A stretch of 64,000 nucleotides of DNA from Sphaerodactylus townsendi. Its lineage: Eukaryota. Positions 1 through 12,105 of the stretch are shown one piece after another. The stretch's first letter is position 1. Each line of letters starts with the position of its first letter. The stretch spans positions 80,848,001 through 80,912,000 of the forward strand of contig NC_059432.1 in assembly GCF_021028975.2 (NCBI RefSeq), given 5' to 3'. Under the pieces are notes generated by a model, which ran no database searches, was not told the origin of the DNA, and saw only the letters and a list, made by a program, of their open reading frames with translations. A program made the translations under genes and the position numbers.

Positions 1-115
1 AACTACCAAGGAAGTCCTAGGTTGCCATGCAGAATCAGACAGTGGCAAAATCTCTGTTCATCTCTTGCCTTGAAAACTCTATGGAGTTACCATAAGTCAA
101 GTGCAACTTGACATC
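1..115 (+). mobile_element. 3' part of a 5S/Sauria-type SINE (RTE/BovB-like tail), cut by the window edge
   Basis: ...GGCAAAATCTCTG...TTGCCTTGAAAACTCTATGGAGTTACCATAAGTC resembles the tail of the fuller copy at 21325-21490. Confidence 0.55.
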
Positions 116-1879
116 CAAAATGAAAAGAAACTTGTTCTGTGTAATTTGAACCTGGGCTAAGGATAAAATATTCTCATAGTGGGGCAAAATGTGTTTCAAA
201 ATCGGTTTTCTTTTCATATGGTTTTGATATACTTGTTTAATATAACTGTTGTGTATATTGTTTTACTGTTTATTTTAATGTTTATATTGTTACCCACTTT
301 GGGAACTGAGGTGCTTGGGAGAAAGGTAGGTATATGAATGTCTTAAATAAATAAGATTTCTGGTTTTGCCAAAGGTTGTTGCTTTTTGATCTAAACTTGA
401 CAAAATGGGCACATAAATTGTAATAGCAATTTGTTCTATCAAAAAATTAACATGTGTAAACAGCCTGTTGTATGCATTGTCTATGCAGATGCACTTCTGA
501 TTTCATATTGCCCTGTACATCATGATTCTTATCAGAGCCATGCTGGATGTATCTTCTGAAGCAAATTGGAGAAGTATATCTGCTCCCAGGGACACCCGTC
601 ATTATGCATCACTTATGGGCACAGCCAGGTTGGGCTACTATTTTTAGTAGAAATGCTATATTGTATTTTTGGATATATTTAATAATGTGATGCTAAATTA
701 ATCCACTTTGTAAATATGTTTACATTCCTTTACTGTAGTGCAGAATTTTTGAATTAGTTCCATGCTAAATTCTTTTTTTCTGGTTTCAGTTAGACTTTAC
801 TCATCCATTCCAAGGTAGAGAAAGCTGAAATAAACCTAATGGGAGGAAATCTCCATGATTTGTAACAGCCCAGTGGGAATACAATCTGCACTCCTTGAAT
901 GGCTTTAATCCAATTTAATTTCTCTGTCAAACAGCCTGATGGATTTGTCTGTAGAGCTGTAAAGTGGAGGATGGAGAGCACTTTAGTTTTTAATAGGTAG
1001 GCACAACCTGGTTAGATACACTCAGCAAATCAAGACCTCTCTCTTATTTCAAGGCCTGTGGTGAAGTCTGTCGGTACTGCTACAAACTTCATTAGTTTGA
1101 CTGAAAATTAATGCACTTTCCTAGGTGAGGGGAAATTGTTGTTCAAGGAAGCCTCCAGTGAGTTCACTCAGTGCCACTTAAATCCTGCAATAAATATCAC
1201 ACAATACAATCTCTTGCCCTGTAGAAGAGAAGACAGCAAAGCCCTAAGAAGGACTGGACAGAACGGACAGGACAGAAATCATTACATCAAACAAGTTATT
1301 TAAGCACCTAGAAAGAAATACAGAAAATATTTCCCACTAAACATTTAAAACTACAGATGTCTGTAATTTTGATCTTTTAATCTGAGTGCTTTCTAGTACT
1401 AGTAGGCATGAGGCATATTGTTTTTCTGCTGCCTCCCCACCGATGCGGCTTCGGCCCATGTTTTTTCAAAAAGGTGTACCTTCTTGCCGGTTTTTGAAAA
1501 ACGCGGGGTGAGGGGGAGAGTGCGCACCAGGGCCGGGATGGAGTCGAGTTGGGCACTGAAGCCATGGGGACTCCTCACCCAAACCAGGACTTTTGCCGTG
1601 AGCATCACATGCTTTTTTGACCATGGGGAATCGCCCAAAGATTCAGGCATTTGGGAATCCTTCGTAGCCACAGATAGGAATGTGCTTTCATTTCCAAACA
1701 AAAGACAACAAACCCAAAAAGTTAATTTGTTTCATGTTTCATGAACATCCGTCATTCATACTGTGCTGTGGGCAGCCGCTGCTTCTGTGACAGTAGCAGA
1801 CAGTAGCAGACAGTAGTGGGGGAAGATTATGAGAATGTAGGGGTGGTGGTGGTGAGAATACTTTTCATTGCCAGCGAAA

Positions 1880-2112
1880 GGTAGTGTTTAAGAGCAGGTT
1901 TGATTCTGCACTCCTCCACATGAGCAGTTGACTCTTATCTGGTTTCCCCACTCCTGCATTCCTGCTGGATGACCTTGGGCTAGTTTGTAACTCTCTCAAC
2001 CCCACCTACCTCATGTGTCTGTTGTGGGGAGAGGAAGGGAAGGAGTTTGTAACCCCTTTGAGTCTCCGTACAGGAGAAAAGAGGTACAAATCCAAACTTT
2101 GCTGCTGCTTTT
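1880..2112 (+). mobile_element. tRNA-derived squamate SINE (Squam3-like)
   Basis: Box-B-like GGTTTGATTC, core GACCTTGGGCTAGT...CCCCACCTACCTC...GTTGTGGGGAGAGGAAGGGAAGGAG, ending AATCCAAAC plus simple tail; homologous to 59215-59512. Confidence 0.7.
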
Positions 2113-2394
2113 GCTACCTCCACATACCTCTAATTCCTCTCAAGGTCCCAACAGCACCTTGAATGTGCTCCAGGTGGTTGCTGAGGCATGATGAGGTAGC
2201 AACTGCCTTTTATGCCTATATTGTTGGCCATAGCAGCCACTGCTGCCCACATCATAGGAAACTGGTGGGGGAAGATAAGGGAGGGGATGAAGAAAGAGAG
2301 AAGGACCAACAGATGAATGGAACAAATTACAGTTGTGTCAACTGAAGGTATCTATAGGAAAGCAACAATTTTTTGTGATATTAACAGTGGAAGC

Positions 2395-2466
2395 TGTAAT
2401 TACACTCCTCTAAGCCCACTGAAATCAATATGCTTAGAAGGGTATAATTCTGCTTGGGATGGCACT
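2395..2466. mobile_element. short palindromic MITE-like repeat (further fragments near 13325, 21930, 23025, 32745)
   Basis: CCTCTAAGCCCACTGA / TCAATATGCTTAGAAGG hairpin; the motif CAGTGGGCTTAGAAGGGTGTAACTCTGCTTAGGAT recurs in degenerate form several times in the window. Confidence 0.5.
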
Positions 2467-3958
2467 TTTAGTCATCTTCAGGCTGATTATCATATTTAGC
2501 AAAAATGACAAGTACTGACAAACACATCATGCAGTTGAAACCAATCCAGATTGTGACTTATCAGCTGGCAGAAACAATTTAGCACAGACACTGAAATTGT
2601 ATAACGTGTGAGAAAATCAAAATATTGATGAGGAGCTTCTAACAGGTGATAGCCCAAGAACAAGTATACAAGAAATATGGTTACACAGCTGTAGTTTCTA
2701 GAATGTAAGAATTGCTTCCATAGGAAAATAGGACCAAGAACTGGAATGCCACCTACTTCCTTTGAACCAGTGCAACATAATTTGGGCCCTATATTTTGGC
2801 CTGACTGACAGCTCTGGGGAATATTTGGGACATGTCATATGGGAGTTTTGCTTCCACTATTTCCTTTTCCATGAACCTGCACAGCCGCAACTTCCTTGCT
2901 TTCCACAAACCCAATAGAAATGAGCATGGCCACCTGCACAATTTATTTTAAATCTATGTTTAAATAAACCTTGGGAAACTAAACACTTATTTCCTTAATG
3001 TCACTTATGACAGATTTTAAGTGCATAGAAGCCAAGCTAAAGGTTGGGTATTTCTTATAAATTCATGAAAAATTGTGGCTGATTGTTTACAATACAATAA
3101 AAATGGCTTAAATGGTCCAAAAGTTTAATTTATTGGTCTCTAACTGCAAAATCCTTTTGGGTTTCTCAAGGGTTGTGGCAACACCATCTGGCACAATCTA
3201 TCTCCTTGGCTTCATAGCATCAGAAGAACAGGCCATTTGATGTTTATGTAAATGTTCAGTTCCATTCACCATTAGACTTTCTTAGTGGGGCAGATGATTT
3301 TTGTACATGATGAAGCACTGATGTGTCAAATTTAGTGCAATAGTAGAACTATCTGCAGCTGGGTTAACATGCATTTATTGAGCTAGTTGACATATTTATA
3401 TCATGCTTTTTCAAAAATTCCAAAGTGGCTTACAAATAAGTATCATGCGAAAATAATCAACATTTAAACAAAAAATAATTATAAAGCAAAAGAACAGCAG
3501 ACCAAGTAATATAGACCAAAATATAAAGCACAAAATTAAATAATGTCTAAAACATTGACCAAACAGCAATTGCTGCCATAGTAGCCCACATTTGGGCACT
3601 AGAGAGATATGACATCATTTTTGGGTTTTCCCTGGAAGTGACATGTTATCACTGACAGCCTTCCCACATGTTCTTGCCCCACCTGATCTCCTGCAAGTCT
3701 AATCTATGCTATTGTTGGTTCACCACACTTACTTGCATACATGAAGTCTATTTATGTGACATTACTCCTAAGAACTTGTTTGTGAACCAAAAACACACAT
3801 AAATATGCAGCTGCAACTTACCATGGCCGCCATTGCAGTCCTGGGAAAGGGGAGCATGCGGTCTCCTCACTCCCCTTCCTGGGCTCGCAGCTTGTTCCCA
3901 AGCCTGCGGGACCAGGCAGGACTCTGCGCACAGGTGGAGAGGTTGGGGGGGGGGCTGA

Positions 3959-4477
3959 TGTAAGGGGATACCCTGACATCAGCCAGGTAGGAGCTGGTCA
4001 GAGCCCATAAAAGGCCTGGCCTGGCCGCCGCTCCTTCAGCTCTCGGTGGCCACAGACGCTTCCCCACCCTCCTCTCCTTTTTGGAATGTGTTTGATAATG
4101 TTTTCTTTGTCATAGCCTTTGTGGGTTGTGAATGGGGGACTGATCTGTAAGTGTAGTGAGCGGGTTATATACCCGCTTTTGGTGGAACCTCCAAAGGTGG
4201 AGCAAGCCAATTGTGGTGGTGCCCAGATGTGGGCTACTATGGCAACAGAAAGGGAATCTCCAGGCAGTGGCAACTGCCCAGCTGGTCTTCCCATTGCTGC
4301 TCCAGCATGTGGTGCATTTTCCTCAGCAGGCGGGCTCGAGGAAAATTTTGTGGGCTGGGGGACAGCAATTATGCTGCCCAGCACACAGATCAGACCCCCA
4401 TGCTGTGCCTTACGCTTCTGCTTTCCTTGAGTCAATGTGTTTTAATAAAAGGCTCTGGCCAATATGTTTTTACCACA
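3959..4477 (+). mobile_element. possible solo LTR
   Basis: TGTAA...ACCACA ends, TATA-like CATAAAAG near 4006, AATAAA near 4444, flanks CTGA/ATGA (one mismatch); GC-rich sequence continues upstream, so the boundary is doubtful. Confidence 0.25.
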
Positions 4478-5109
4478 ATGAAAGCATGCTTGTTTTTATG
4501 TGATTCTCTTATGGGTGCTCAATTCTTTCACTCGGGTTGCAAAACTGTAACCCAATATTAATATTCTCCTTTAAAAGTAAGTGAAAAATTCAATTACAAC
4601 TTTCCAAGAACATTTATGATTTATGTTAGATGAACATCAAAGTCTCTCATAATACTGTGCACCTCATTAAAAGGGGGGGGGGTATAAAGATATACAGCCT
4701 GTGGTGGTGAACATTTCTGATGATTTTGCAGTATTTGTTACTATTAAGCAGTGGCAGCAAACATCCCTGTAAAAGTGAAAACACAGCCATGTGTTAAATG
4801 TTCAGTTTTTAAATACACACCCACAATTTCAAAAGATATGGGATATATGTTTACTGTCAAGATAGTTTCAGGTGTGGCAGAACCTCCTTTGAGGTCTGCT
4901 CTGCACATGACATTTTCCTACATGGCACGGAGAAAATAAAGTTTATCCATGTAACATGCCATCTGTGAAAATTGGAGGAAGGTCTATTTTGGCATTGTAA
5001 AAATACTTAAAAGCCTTGTCCTTTTCTGCACAAACCAAATAAAACATTTTGAGGCAAGAAATAAAACGTTTCTCCTTGGAGATACACATGGGTTTTTATC
5101 CTGAAGCAT

Positions 5110-6078
5110 TTTCTCTCCTTGATCGGCAGCCAGGGGAGATGATACAGTACCAGTGTAATCCAGTCCCAACTTGATGCTCCATTAAGGAGCGTGGCTGTCG
5201 CACATTGAACGAGTTCAAGTTTCTGGATCACAGACAAAGGCAGGCCAGCGTAGAGCGAGTTACAATAATCCAATCTGGAGGTGACTGTTGCATGGATCAC
5301 TGTGGCCAGGTCAGAACATAAGAGGTACATGGCCAGTTGCCGGGCCTGCTGCAGATGGTAAAAAGCCACCTGGGCAGTCTGAGTAACCTGGGTCTCCAGT
5401 GACAGCACTGGGTCCAAGGTCACTCCCATGCTCTTGACAGATGAGGTTAGGTGTAAGGCTTCACCATCCAGCATAGGCAGACCAAAGTCCACCGGCCTCT
5501 CCCCCTGACCCAACCACAGACCTCCATCTTTGCTGGATTTAGCTTCAGCTGACTTGCTCTCAACCAACCAGCCATGGCCTCCAAACAACACTGGAATGCT
5601 CCAGGGGCCGAGGTCAGATGGCTTTCCATCATGAACATGAGCTGGGTGTCATCTGCATATTGATGACACTGTGGCCCAAAGCTCCAGACAAGTCTAGCCA
5701 GGGGGTGCATGTAGATGTTAAAGAGCATCAGGGAGATTATCGCCCCCTGCGGCACCCCACAAACTATCGGATGGCACCTGGAGTTCTCTCCCCCCGCTGC
5801 CACCATCAGTCCCCGGTCATGGAGAAACAAGGTCAGCCAACACAGGGCTGACCCAAGTACCCCGATCTCAGTGAGGCAGTGGACCAAAAGGTCATGATCT
5901 ACCATATTGAATGCTGTGGTAAGATCTAACATCAGCAGCTTGGAACCACGTCTGCTCAGGTGGAGCTGGAGTTTGTCCACGACTGCAATTAGTACCGTCT
6001 TGATCCCATGGCCAGCGTGCAAGCCGGACTGAATGGGATCCAACACTTTAGCATCATCCAGAAACCTCTGGAGCTGAT
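5110..6078 (-). mobile_element. L2-clade LINE ORF2 reverse-transcriptase fragment (frameshifted)
   Basis: ORFs 5447-6046 and 5007-5591 contain LDPIQSG, DLTTAFNMVDH, GVPQGAIISLMLFNIYM, QYADDTQL, LKLNPAK, TSRLDYCNSLYAGLP. Confidence 0.93.
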
Positions 6079-6384
6079 TAGGTAACTAGCAACCTTTTTA
6101 GGGGTGTGCAACCACATCCTGGACAAAGGGAACTGCCATCACTGTTTGATCACAGTGCCATCAACAACTCAGTTTTATCTGGACTGAGCTTCCATTTGAT
6201 AGTCTTTATCCAGTCCATTAGCAACCCTAGATCCTCACTTAAAACAGCTGACAAGCAAAAGAGTGACCTTATCACACTTTCACACCTACTTCTCCATTCA
6301 CCAACAAAAAGAGAGTCCTGTGCTTTTACAGTGGTGCACTCATAGCTTCTATTTAATATTTAACAGAATCAGTATGCCATAACA

Positions 6385-6810
6385 GTGAAAGTTTTCTCTC
6401 TTTCTCACAATACTAGAACCAGGGGGCATACATTGAAAATGCTGGGGGGAAGAATTAGGACTAATAAAAGGAAAGACTTCTTCACGCAATGTGTGATTGG
6501 TTTTTGGAATATGCTGCCACAGGAGGTGGTGATGGCCACTAACCTGGATAGCTTTAAAAATGGCTTAGACAGATTTATGGAGGAGAAGTCGATCTATGGC
6601 TACCAATCTTGATCCTCCTTGATCTGAGATTGCAAATGCCTTAGCAGACCAGTTGCTCGGGAGCAGCAACAGCAGCAGAAGGTCATTGCTTTCACATCCT
6701 GCATGTGAGCTCCCAAAGGCACCTGGTGGGCCACTGCGAGTAGCAGAGTGCTGGACTAGATGGACTCTGGTCTGATCCATCAGGCTCTTTCTTATGTTCT
6801 TATGTTCTTA
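6385..6810 (+). mobile_element. CR1 LINE 3' end (5'-truncated)
   Basis: ORF2 C-terminus TRTRGHTLK...FFTQCVIGFWNMLPQEVV...FKNGLDRFM, followed by a 3' UTR and (TTCTTATG)n tail. Confidence 0.92.
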
Positions 6811-6814
6811 AGTA

Positions 6815-7000
6815 CTGTACTAAGGTTTAGGAGACTTGGCTTTTAAATCCCCATTCTGGCATGAAGTTCACTAAATGACCTTGCTCCCAGTCACTTTCTC
6901 TGTCACCTAACCTGTCTCACAAGGTGTGAGGATAAAATGGGGAGAAGAGAACAATGTTGAGTGCTCTGATCATCTTGGATACAGGGCTAGATAAAATTAA
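6815..7000 (+). mobile_element. degenerate tRNA-derived SINE
   Basis: TTTAAATCCCCA box-B-like, GACCTTG...CAGTCAC...CTAACCT...GAGGATAAAATGGGGAG; similar relics near 27920, 36780(-), 38250, 42300(-), 43680(-). Confidence 0.5.
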
Positions 7001-7793
7001 TAGGTGAATGTACAGAACTGGGGGGCAGGGCTTGACAATGCACATCCATATTACATTCATCCACACTGTATATCATCTGAACAGGATTAATAGTTTCCCC
7101 ACTTTAATCACAGGTTCAGCTGAATTAGGGTTATTATGATGTTCAGTCCATTCATGGGGGGGGGGGGGGTCCAGCTTGTGTCTAATAAGGACCCTGAATT
7201 TAAATAAGATGAGAAAGGAGAAACTAAAGCTTCTGAGCTTTGATATCCCTGCAAAGATATGTGGCAGAAGTGTTGATCAGTGTCCTCTTTATAATGTGAC
7301 AAGTTTTCCAACTGCAGCTATCTCCTTCTGAACTGCTCTAGTTGTAAGTGCCCAAAATTACAGGTGACAGAGAGAGATGATTTCAAAAATAAGATATGCT
7401 TAGAGGATTTTCAGTACACTTCACAATGAAATCCCTATGATTCTGGAAGCAGTAAATTATATCTTTGCTGAACATCCTGTAATTTATGTAATACATATAA
7501 CTATTTTAAAACGCAGTGCCAAAGTCATTACAATAGAGATGCTTTTTAATCCTACAGAAATGTGACATCTATGTCTATTAAATGAAAAAAAAATCCATAT
7601 CCAATCAGTAGCAAATGGCATATGAGCACCTGTATATTTTTCAAGTCAATGTATGGATAATAGTCAGGAAACAGTTTTGGTTATAGGGGGATGACTGAAG
7701 TAGCCGATTCACTCTCAGAACATGATTTGCTTCCCAAAGCAGACTAAAGAGACTAAAGAGAAAAACTGACGGCAGCATAGACTGTAAGTCCTG

Positions 7794-8118
7794 TAGGGCT
7801 GTCAGGCATTCCTGATAAATGGTAGAGGAGGGGGTGGGGACATACCAGGCATCAAATGAGGCCTAGGCCTTGATGTCATCAGTGTGATGGTATCACTTCT
7901 GGAAGTGACATTCTCATGTCACCAAAGTCAAGGAAGGTGCTCTGGTATTGGGCAAAAACTTTACAATAGAACTACCAGAGTGTCTTTCTCATCAACAGTG
8001 GCATGATAATGTCACTTCCAGAAGTGGCATCAAGGCCTCAGCCTCATTTTTTTACCTGTTAAGACCCTAGCTGAATGACAGCAGGAGGAGGGGGTCCACA
8101 TCAGGTCTGGCAACCTCT
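7794..8118. mobile_element. palindromic MITE with TAGGG(T/C)TG(C/T)CA-type ends and a CACTTC..GAAGTG core
   Basis: Starts TAGGGCTGTCAGG, ends CTGGCAACCTC; internal inverted repeats AAATGAGGC...GGCCTTGATG / CATCAAGGCC...GCCTCATTT; related GGAAGTGACATCA relics near 3610, 35370, 37060, 38090, 61610. Confidence 0.5.
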
Positions 8119-8164
8119 TGTTTCTAGTGATGAATATAAGCCCTCCATAAACATTGGTTCAGCT

Positions 8165-9292
8165 ACAGATATATCAACCATCAACTGGGCCACACAGTAT
8201 ACAGAAAATCTACACACAGAGACCAGTATCTACAGAAAAACTCCAACCACCAACCACAACAAAAAGGGGTATAATCAAAACTTTGACAGATCGTGCAAAA
8301 CGAATTTGTGAATCTCACCTCCTCCCTGATGAAATCAGTCATCTAGACTGGGCTCTGCAGGCTAATGACTACTCCACAACAGAAATCAGAAGAGCTCTAA
8401 GACCAAGAGAAACCCAGAGGACTGAGGAGAAACAGCCCCCCACAGGAAAGATATTTCTACCATACATCAACAGAATCACAAATCAAATAGGGAAACTGAT
8501 GAAGAAACATAACCTACAAACAATCTTCAAAGCTACCAGAAAAATACAGCAGATGCTACGCTCAGCAAAAGACATGAGAGACCCCCTCACTTCTGCAGGA
8601 GTCTATCTATTGCATACCCTGCAGCTGTGGAAAGGTCTCCACTGGCACTACAAAATGCAGCATTCAGACTCATATTAAGGAGCACTAAAGACACTGTTGG
8701 CTTAACCATCCTGAAAAATCTGCAGTAGCAGAACATGCTCTAAACAAAACTGGACACAACATTTTATTTGAAAACACTGAAATTCTGGACAACTCAGAAG
8801 GTTACTATGCCAGGCTACACAGAGAGGCCATTGAAATCCACAAACACCAAGAAAACTCCAACAAGAAGGGACTTGAAAATTAACAAAACTTGGCTATCAG
8901 TACTTAAAAACACCAGAATCAAAGGTCAAGGGCATGCAGGATTCATGGACAATGGACTCCTCCCAAACACAGGGTTTGCATTCACTCAGACTGTTACTGC
9001 TGCAGGGAATGCAAATGTGAAACACTCCCTGGACTGAAAACCCCCACCTGCATTACAATACAGTCAGCCACACTTTTGCATAGCAAGTTCCACGCAAACA
9101 CTTACTGATTGGTTCCCCACCCTGGAACATGAACAATATATACCCCACTAAACATTCCCTTCTCACTGGACACAGTGTATAACAGACTTCTCTCTGAAGA
9201 TGCCAGTCACAGATGCAGGCGAAATGTTAGGAACAAGATCTACCAGACCACGGCCACACAGCCTGAAAAACCCGCAACAACCAGAAAGCCTT
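8165..9292 (+). mobile_element. Penelope-like retroelement (Poseidon-type), RT thumb + GIY-YIG endonuclease + 3' region, decayed
   Basis: Across frameshifts: LGHTVYRKSTHRDQYL..NSNH..KRGIIKTLTDRAKRIC; LPYINRITNQIGKLMKK; PLTSAGVY.IPCSCGKV; HPEKSAVAEHAL; RLHREAIEIHKH; KINKTWL. Confidence 0.93.
9189..9233 (+). ncRNA. degenerate minimal hammerhead ribozyme motif in the Penelope 3' region
   Basis: CTGAAGA (9194-9200), T, GCC..GGC stem II, GAAA-TGTT-AGGA; fits the PLE minimal hammerhead layout CUGANGA...GAAACGUH with transition decay. Confidence 0.65.
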
Positions 9293-11008
9293 TAAGGCCC
9301 AAAATGCTTTGCAGAAGAGTACTTTGAAGGACTGCTCCTTTCTAAACTTGGCTAGGGTTACCAGGTTCCAGCTGGCAAGTGGTTGAGTATCTTACCAGCA
9401 GCAGGGTAAGATCATCCTCACAACTCCTGCTTTCTGTGCAACAGCTGTCAGAGGTAGACAGGGTAAGGACAAAACACAGCCTTTTCAGTGATGGCACTTC
9501 ATTCATGAAACACTGTTGCCCTGAAGGCTTGCCTGGCACCTATGCTACTGTCTCTTAGACCCCAGGACAAACTCTTTCTTTTCCCCTAGGCTTTTCATTA
9601 AAGGTTTCACAATTTTTATAGTCTGCTTTTATCCTGAAAACTGTAAAGCTGATTCAACGTCTTAAGCATCTATTACATTTTATTTTGTTATTCTCCTTGA
9701 ACAGGTTCCCTGGAAAGGCAGCACAGAAATTTTCCAAATAAATAAATAAATAAATAAAAATTTTATCAGCCTCAGTGCTTGGAAAAATGGCATTTAAATT
9801 TCTGTTAGCTATGCTACTAAAAGAAGCACAGATGTTTTGTCAGTTTTTTTAAAAAAATACTGGCCCTTAGTAGTTTCACTTCCATTGAGGGAGAACACAT
9901 GAGATTGTTTAAAAGCATTTCAGCAAGAAACATCCGTTCATGTTTAAGGATAAAACCTGGAAATGGGTCTGCTTGGTGAGTTTACCCTGAACTGAAAATG
10001 GTTGAGGTTGTCAGCATCAGAAAACTGCAGTGTGATGAGTCTGCATAGTTTCAAAAGCAATCATAATAAATATTACATTTCAGCACTGGATTTTGTTTCC
10101 ATACAGTAAGCAGACTGATGTTAGTTTAAACCCACAGCGCTGCCAGACTTGAGCAAACAAGCGTACATTTGACAGCAGGTTCTAGCCCAAAGGCTTAGCT
10201 TGGATCACTCACCCACTGAAGACAGCTCAATATATTTGAAGTAAAAACTATAGAAAGTGGGAAGGATTGGCACACACACCACAAAGAACCTCTTATCAAG
10301 ACTGGATTCATTCCCTTAAGATGCGGAAAGTGTCATCTGAACTGAATAAAGTGCGACATGCAGAGTGCTCTGTCCTCATCACAAACAGCCAGGACTCATG
10401 TTATCTACAAATAACAAGAACATCCAAGTGCTGCATTTAATTTAGAAATTAAGGTAGGTGTGTTGGCCTCTCTCGCTCTCTCACTTTCTCTCTCATAGGG
10501 CCTGGCAGCTTATTTGACTCATCCTCCTTCACTTACCCTAAAGTAATGAGGAACCAGATATCACAGGTAGCTCTCACTGGCCCACTTACGGCTCACTCCT
10601 CAAAGGATCATGTTGCAGATCTGGGGATACTGAGAACAGGTGTCATGGCAGAGAGCTGAATTAAATCAAGTTAACATTTCAAACTGCCTCCTGGATTTCT
10701 TGTTTTCAACTCAACTGAACTTTTCTTTTCTCTAAATATTATGTGACACAATTTCAAAATATAAGCGGTTATAGTTAAGGGTTTTTTTCTGTTTCAAATT
10801 AATTGGGAATAGTTCCATTTACTTTTTCAAAATACTTTTTTTTCAGCACAGCCTCTGGCTGGGAAAGGGCAAGATAACAAATTTAATAAAATTTAATATA
10901 TATATATATAATAAATTTAATATATATATATAAAATAAATAATATCCTGTAGAGAAAATTGGTTCTCTTGGAGAAAATGGATTCTTTGGAGGATACGGTT
11001 AAGTCTAT

Positions 11009-11661
11009 GGTTGTTTCCCCACTTTTAAAATGACATTGATACTCACTGGTTTCATTTGCTCCAGGACCTTTTTAGCGCGGGGTCATGTTCCCCACCGCAG
11101 CTTCCGCCACTGGGTCTAATGAGCTACAGTGAGCTGCACAGCAGCTAGGCAGGACTCCCTACTCCATCCGGGCTTCAGGGTAAGTCTTGATTGGCTGCTG
11201 CGTTGTGCTGCGGCAGGAATTTTTTTAACATTTTCAACTGGCCGAATCAACGTCCCAACGAACCTATTTGTGGACACACAATATGCATCTATGCTTATGT
11301 GCACTAAAAAAGGCATGCAGACGTGGATCCCTTGTGTTAAAAATAAAAATTAAATCAGCTGTGCACGCATAGCACATGCCCTGCCATGCCTTGATTGGAC
11401 GGGAGGGTCCACGTCACTAAGAGGCAGGAAAATGGAAACCTGGGGTAACCACCCAGGGTTCCCCACTGCCCCGCACTCTGCGCGGGGTCATTCAAAAGGC
11501 ACTGTTCCGAACAGCGCCAGAAATGATGAGCGCTGAGGGGGCGCGAGAGCGGCAGAGTTGGGGCGGCTGCGTTGTCGCCGCCCCTGTAGTGGGCAGTGCC
11601 ACTAGACCCCGCGTTACTTGGCGAGTGTAGCGTGCAACAAACGGTGTGTGGGAAAATGCCC
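11009..11661. mobile_element. GC-rich PIF/Harbinger-type MITE
   Basis: Imperfect TIRs GGTTGTTTCCCCAC / GTGGGAAAATGCCC, 3-bp flanks TAT/CAT, CpG-rich interior. Confidence 0.5.
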
Positions 11662-12105
11662 CATGACAGGGAATCAGAATCGGGTAAGGGTTACATTGCG
11701 TTCTAGGGCATGGACTAGGACAAGGGCTATGGTCTGTGACAGGATTTGAATCAGAGTTAGGGTTTGGGAGACAATTTATGACTGAATAAATTCTTTTTAA
11801 AAAACAAGTTAGGGTTAGGGTTAAGTCCAGGGCAGAGGATCCGATTCGGGTTAGGATTACATTGCATTCTAGGGTATGGACTAGGAGTAGACCTATGGTC
11901 CATGTTAGATTTTGGGTCACAGTTAGGGTTCGGGTGACAGTTTATGACAGAATAAATTCTTTTTTAAAACCTAGTTAGGGTTAGGGTTAAGTCTAGAGCT
12001 GGGGGTCGGATTCTCATAAGGGCTACATTGCATTCTACAGTACAGCCTAGGACTAGGGCTACAGCCCATGTCAGGTTTTTGTTCAGAGTTTGGGTTCGGG
12101 TGATA
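11662..12105 (+). repeat. 166-bp-unit tandem repeat (about 2.7 copies) containing TTAGGG telomere-like hexamers
   Basis: ACATTGC anchor at 11693, 11859 and 12025 (period 166); GTTAGGGTTAGGGTTAAG at both internal unit junctions, plus many one-mismatch hexamers. Confidence 0.85.

Noticed and set aside
1380-1750. GC-rich patch with overlapping ORFs
   Set aside because: Probably a degenerate DNA-transposon relic; TIR and TSD could not be established and the peptides are unrecognisable.
5007-6046. Reverse-transcriptase ORFs as a functional gene or retron-like system
   Set aside because: Frameshifted, truncated L2 LINE fragment in a vertebrate repeat context.
8154-9037. GIY-YIG nuclease gene
   Set aside because: Multiple frameshifts and stops; relic of a Penelope element.
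11662-12105. True telomere or chromosome-fusion scar
   Set aside because: At most two to three perfect TTAGGG in a row, one orientation only, organised in 166-bp units; no head-to-head junction.
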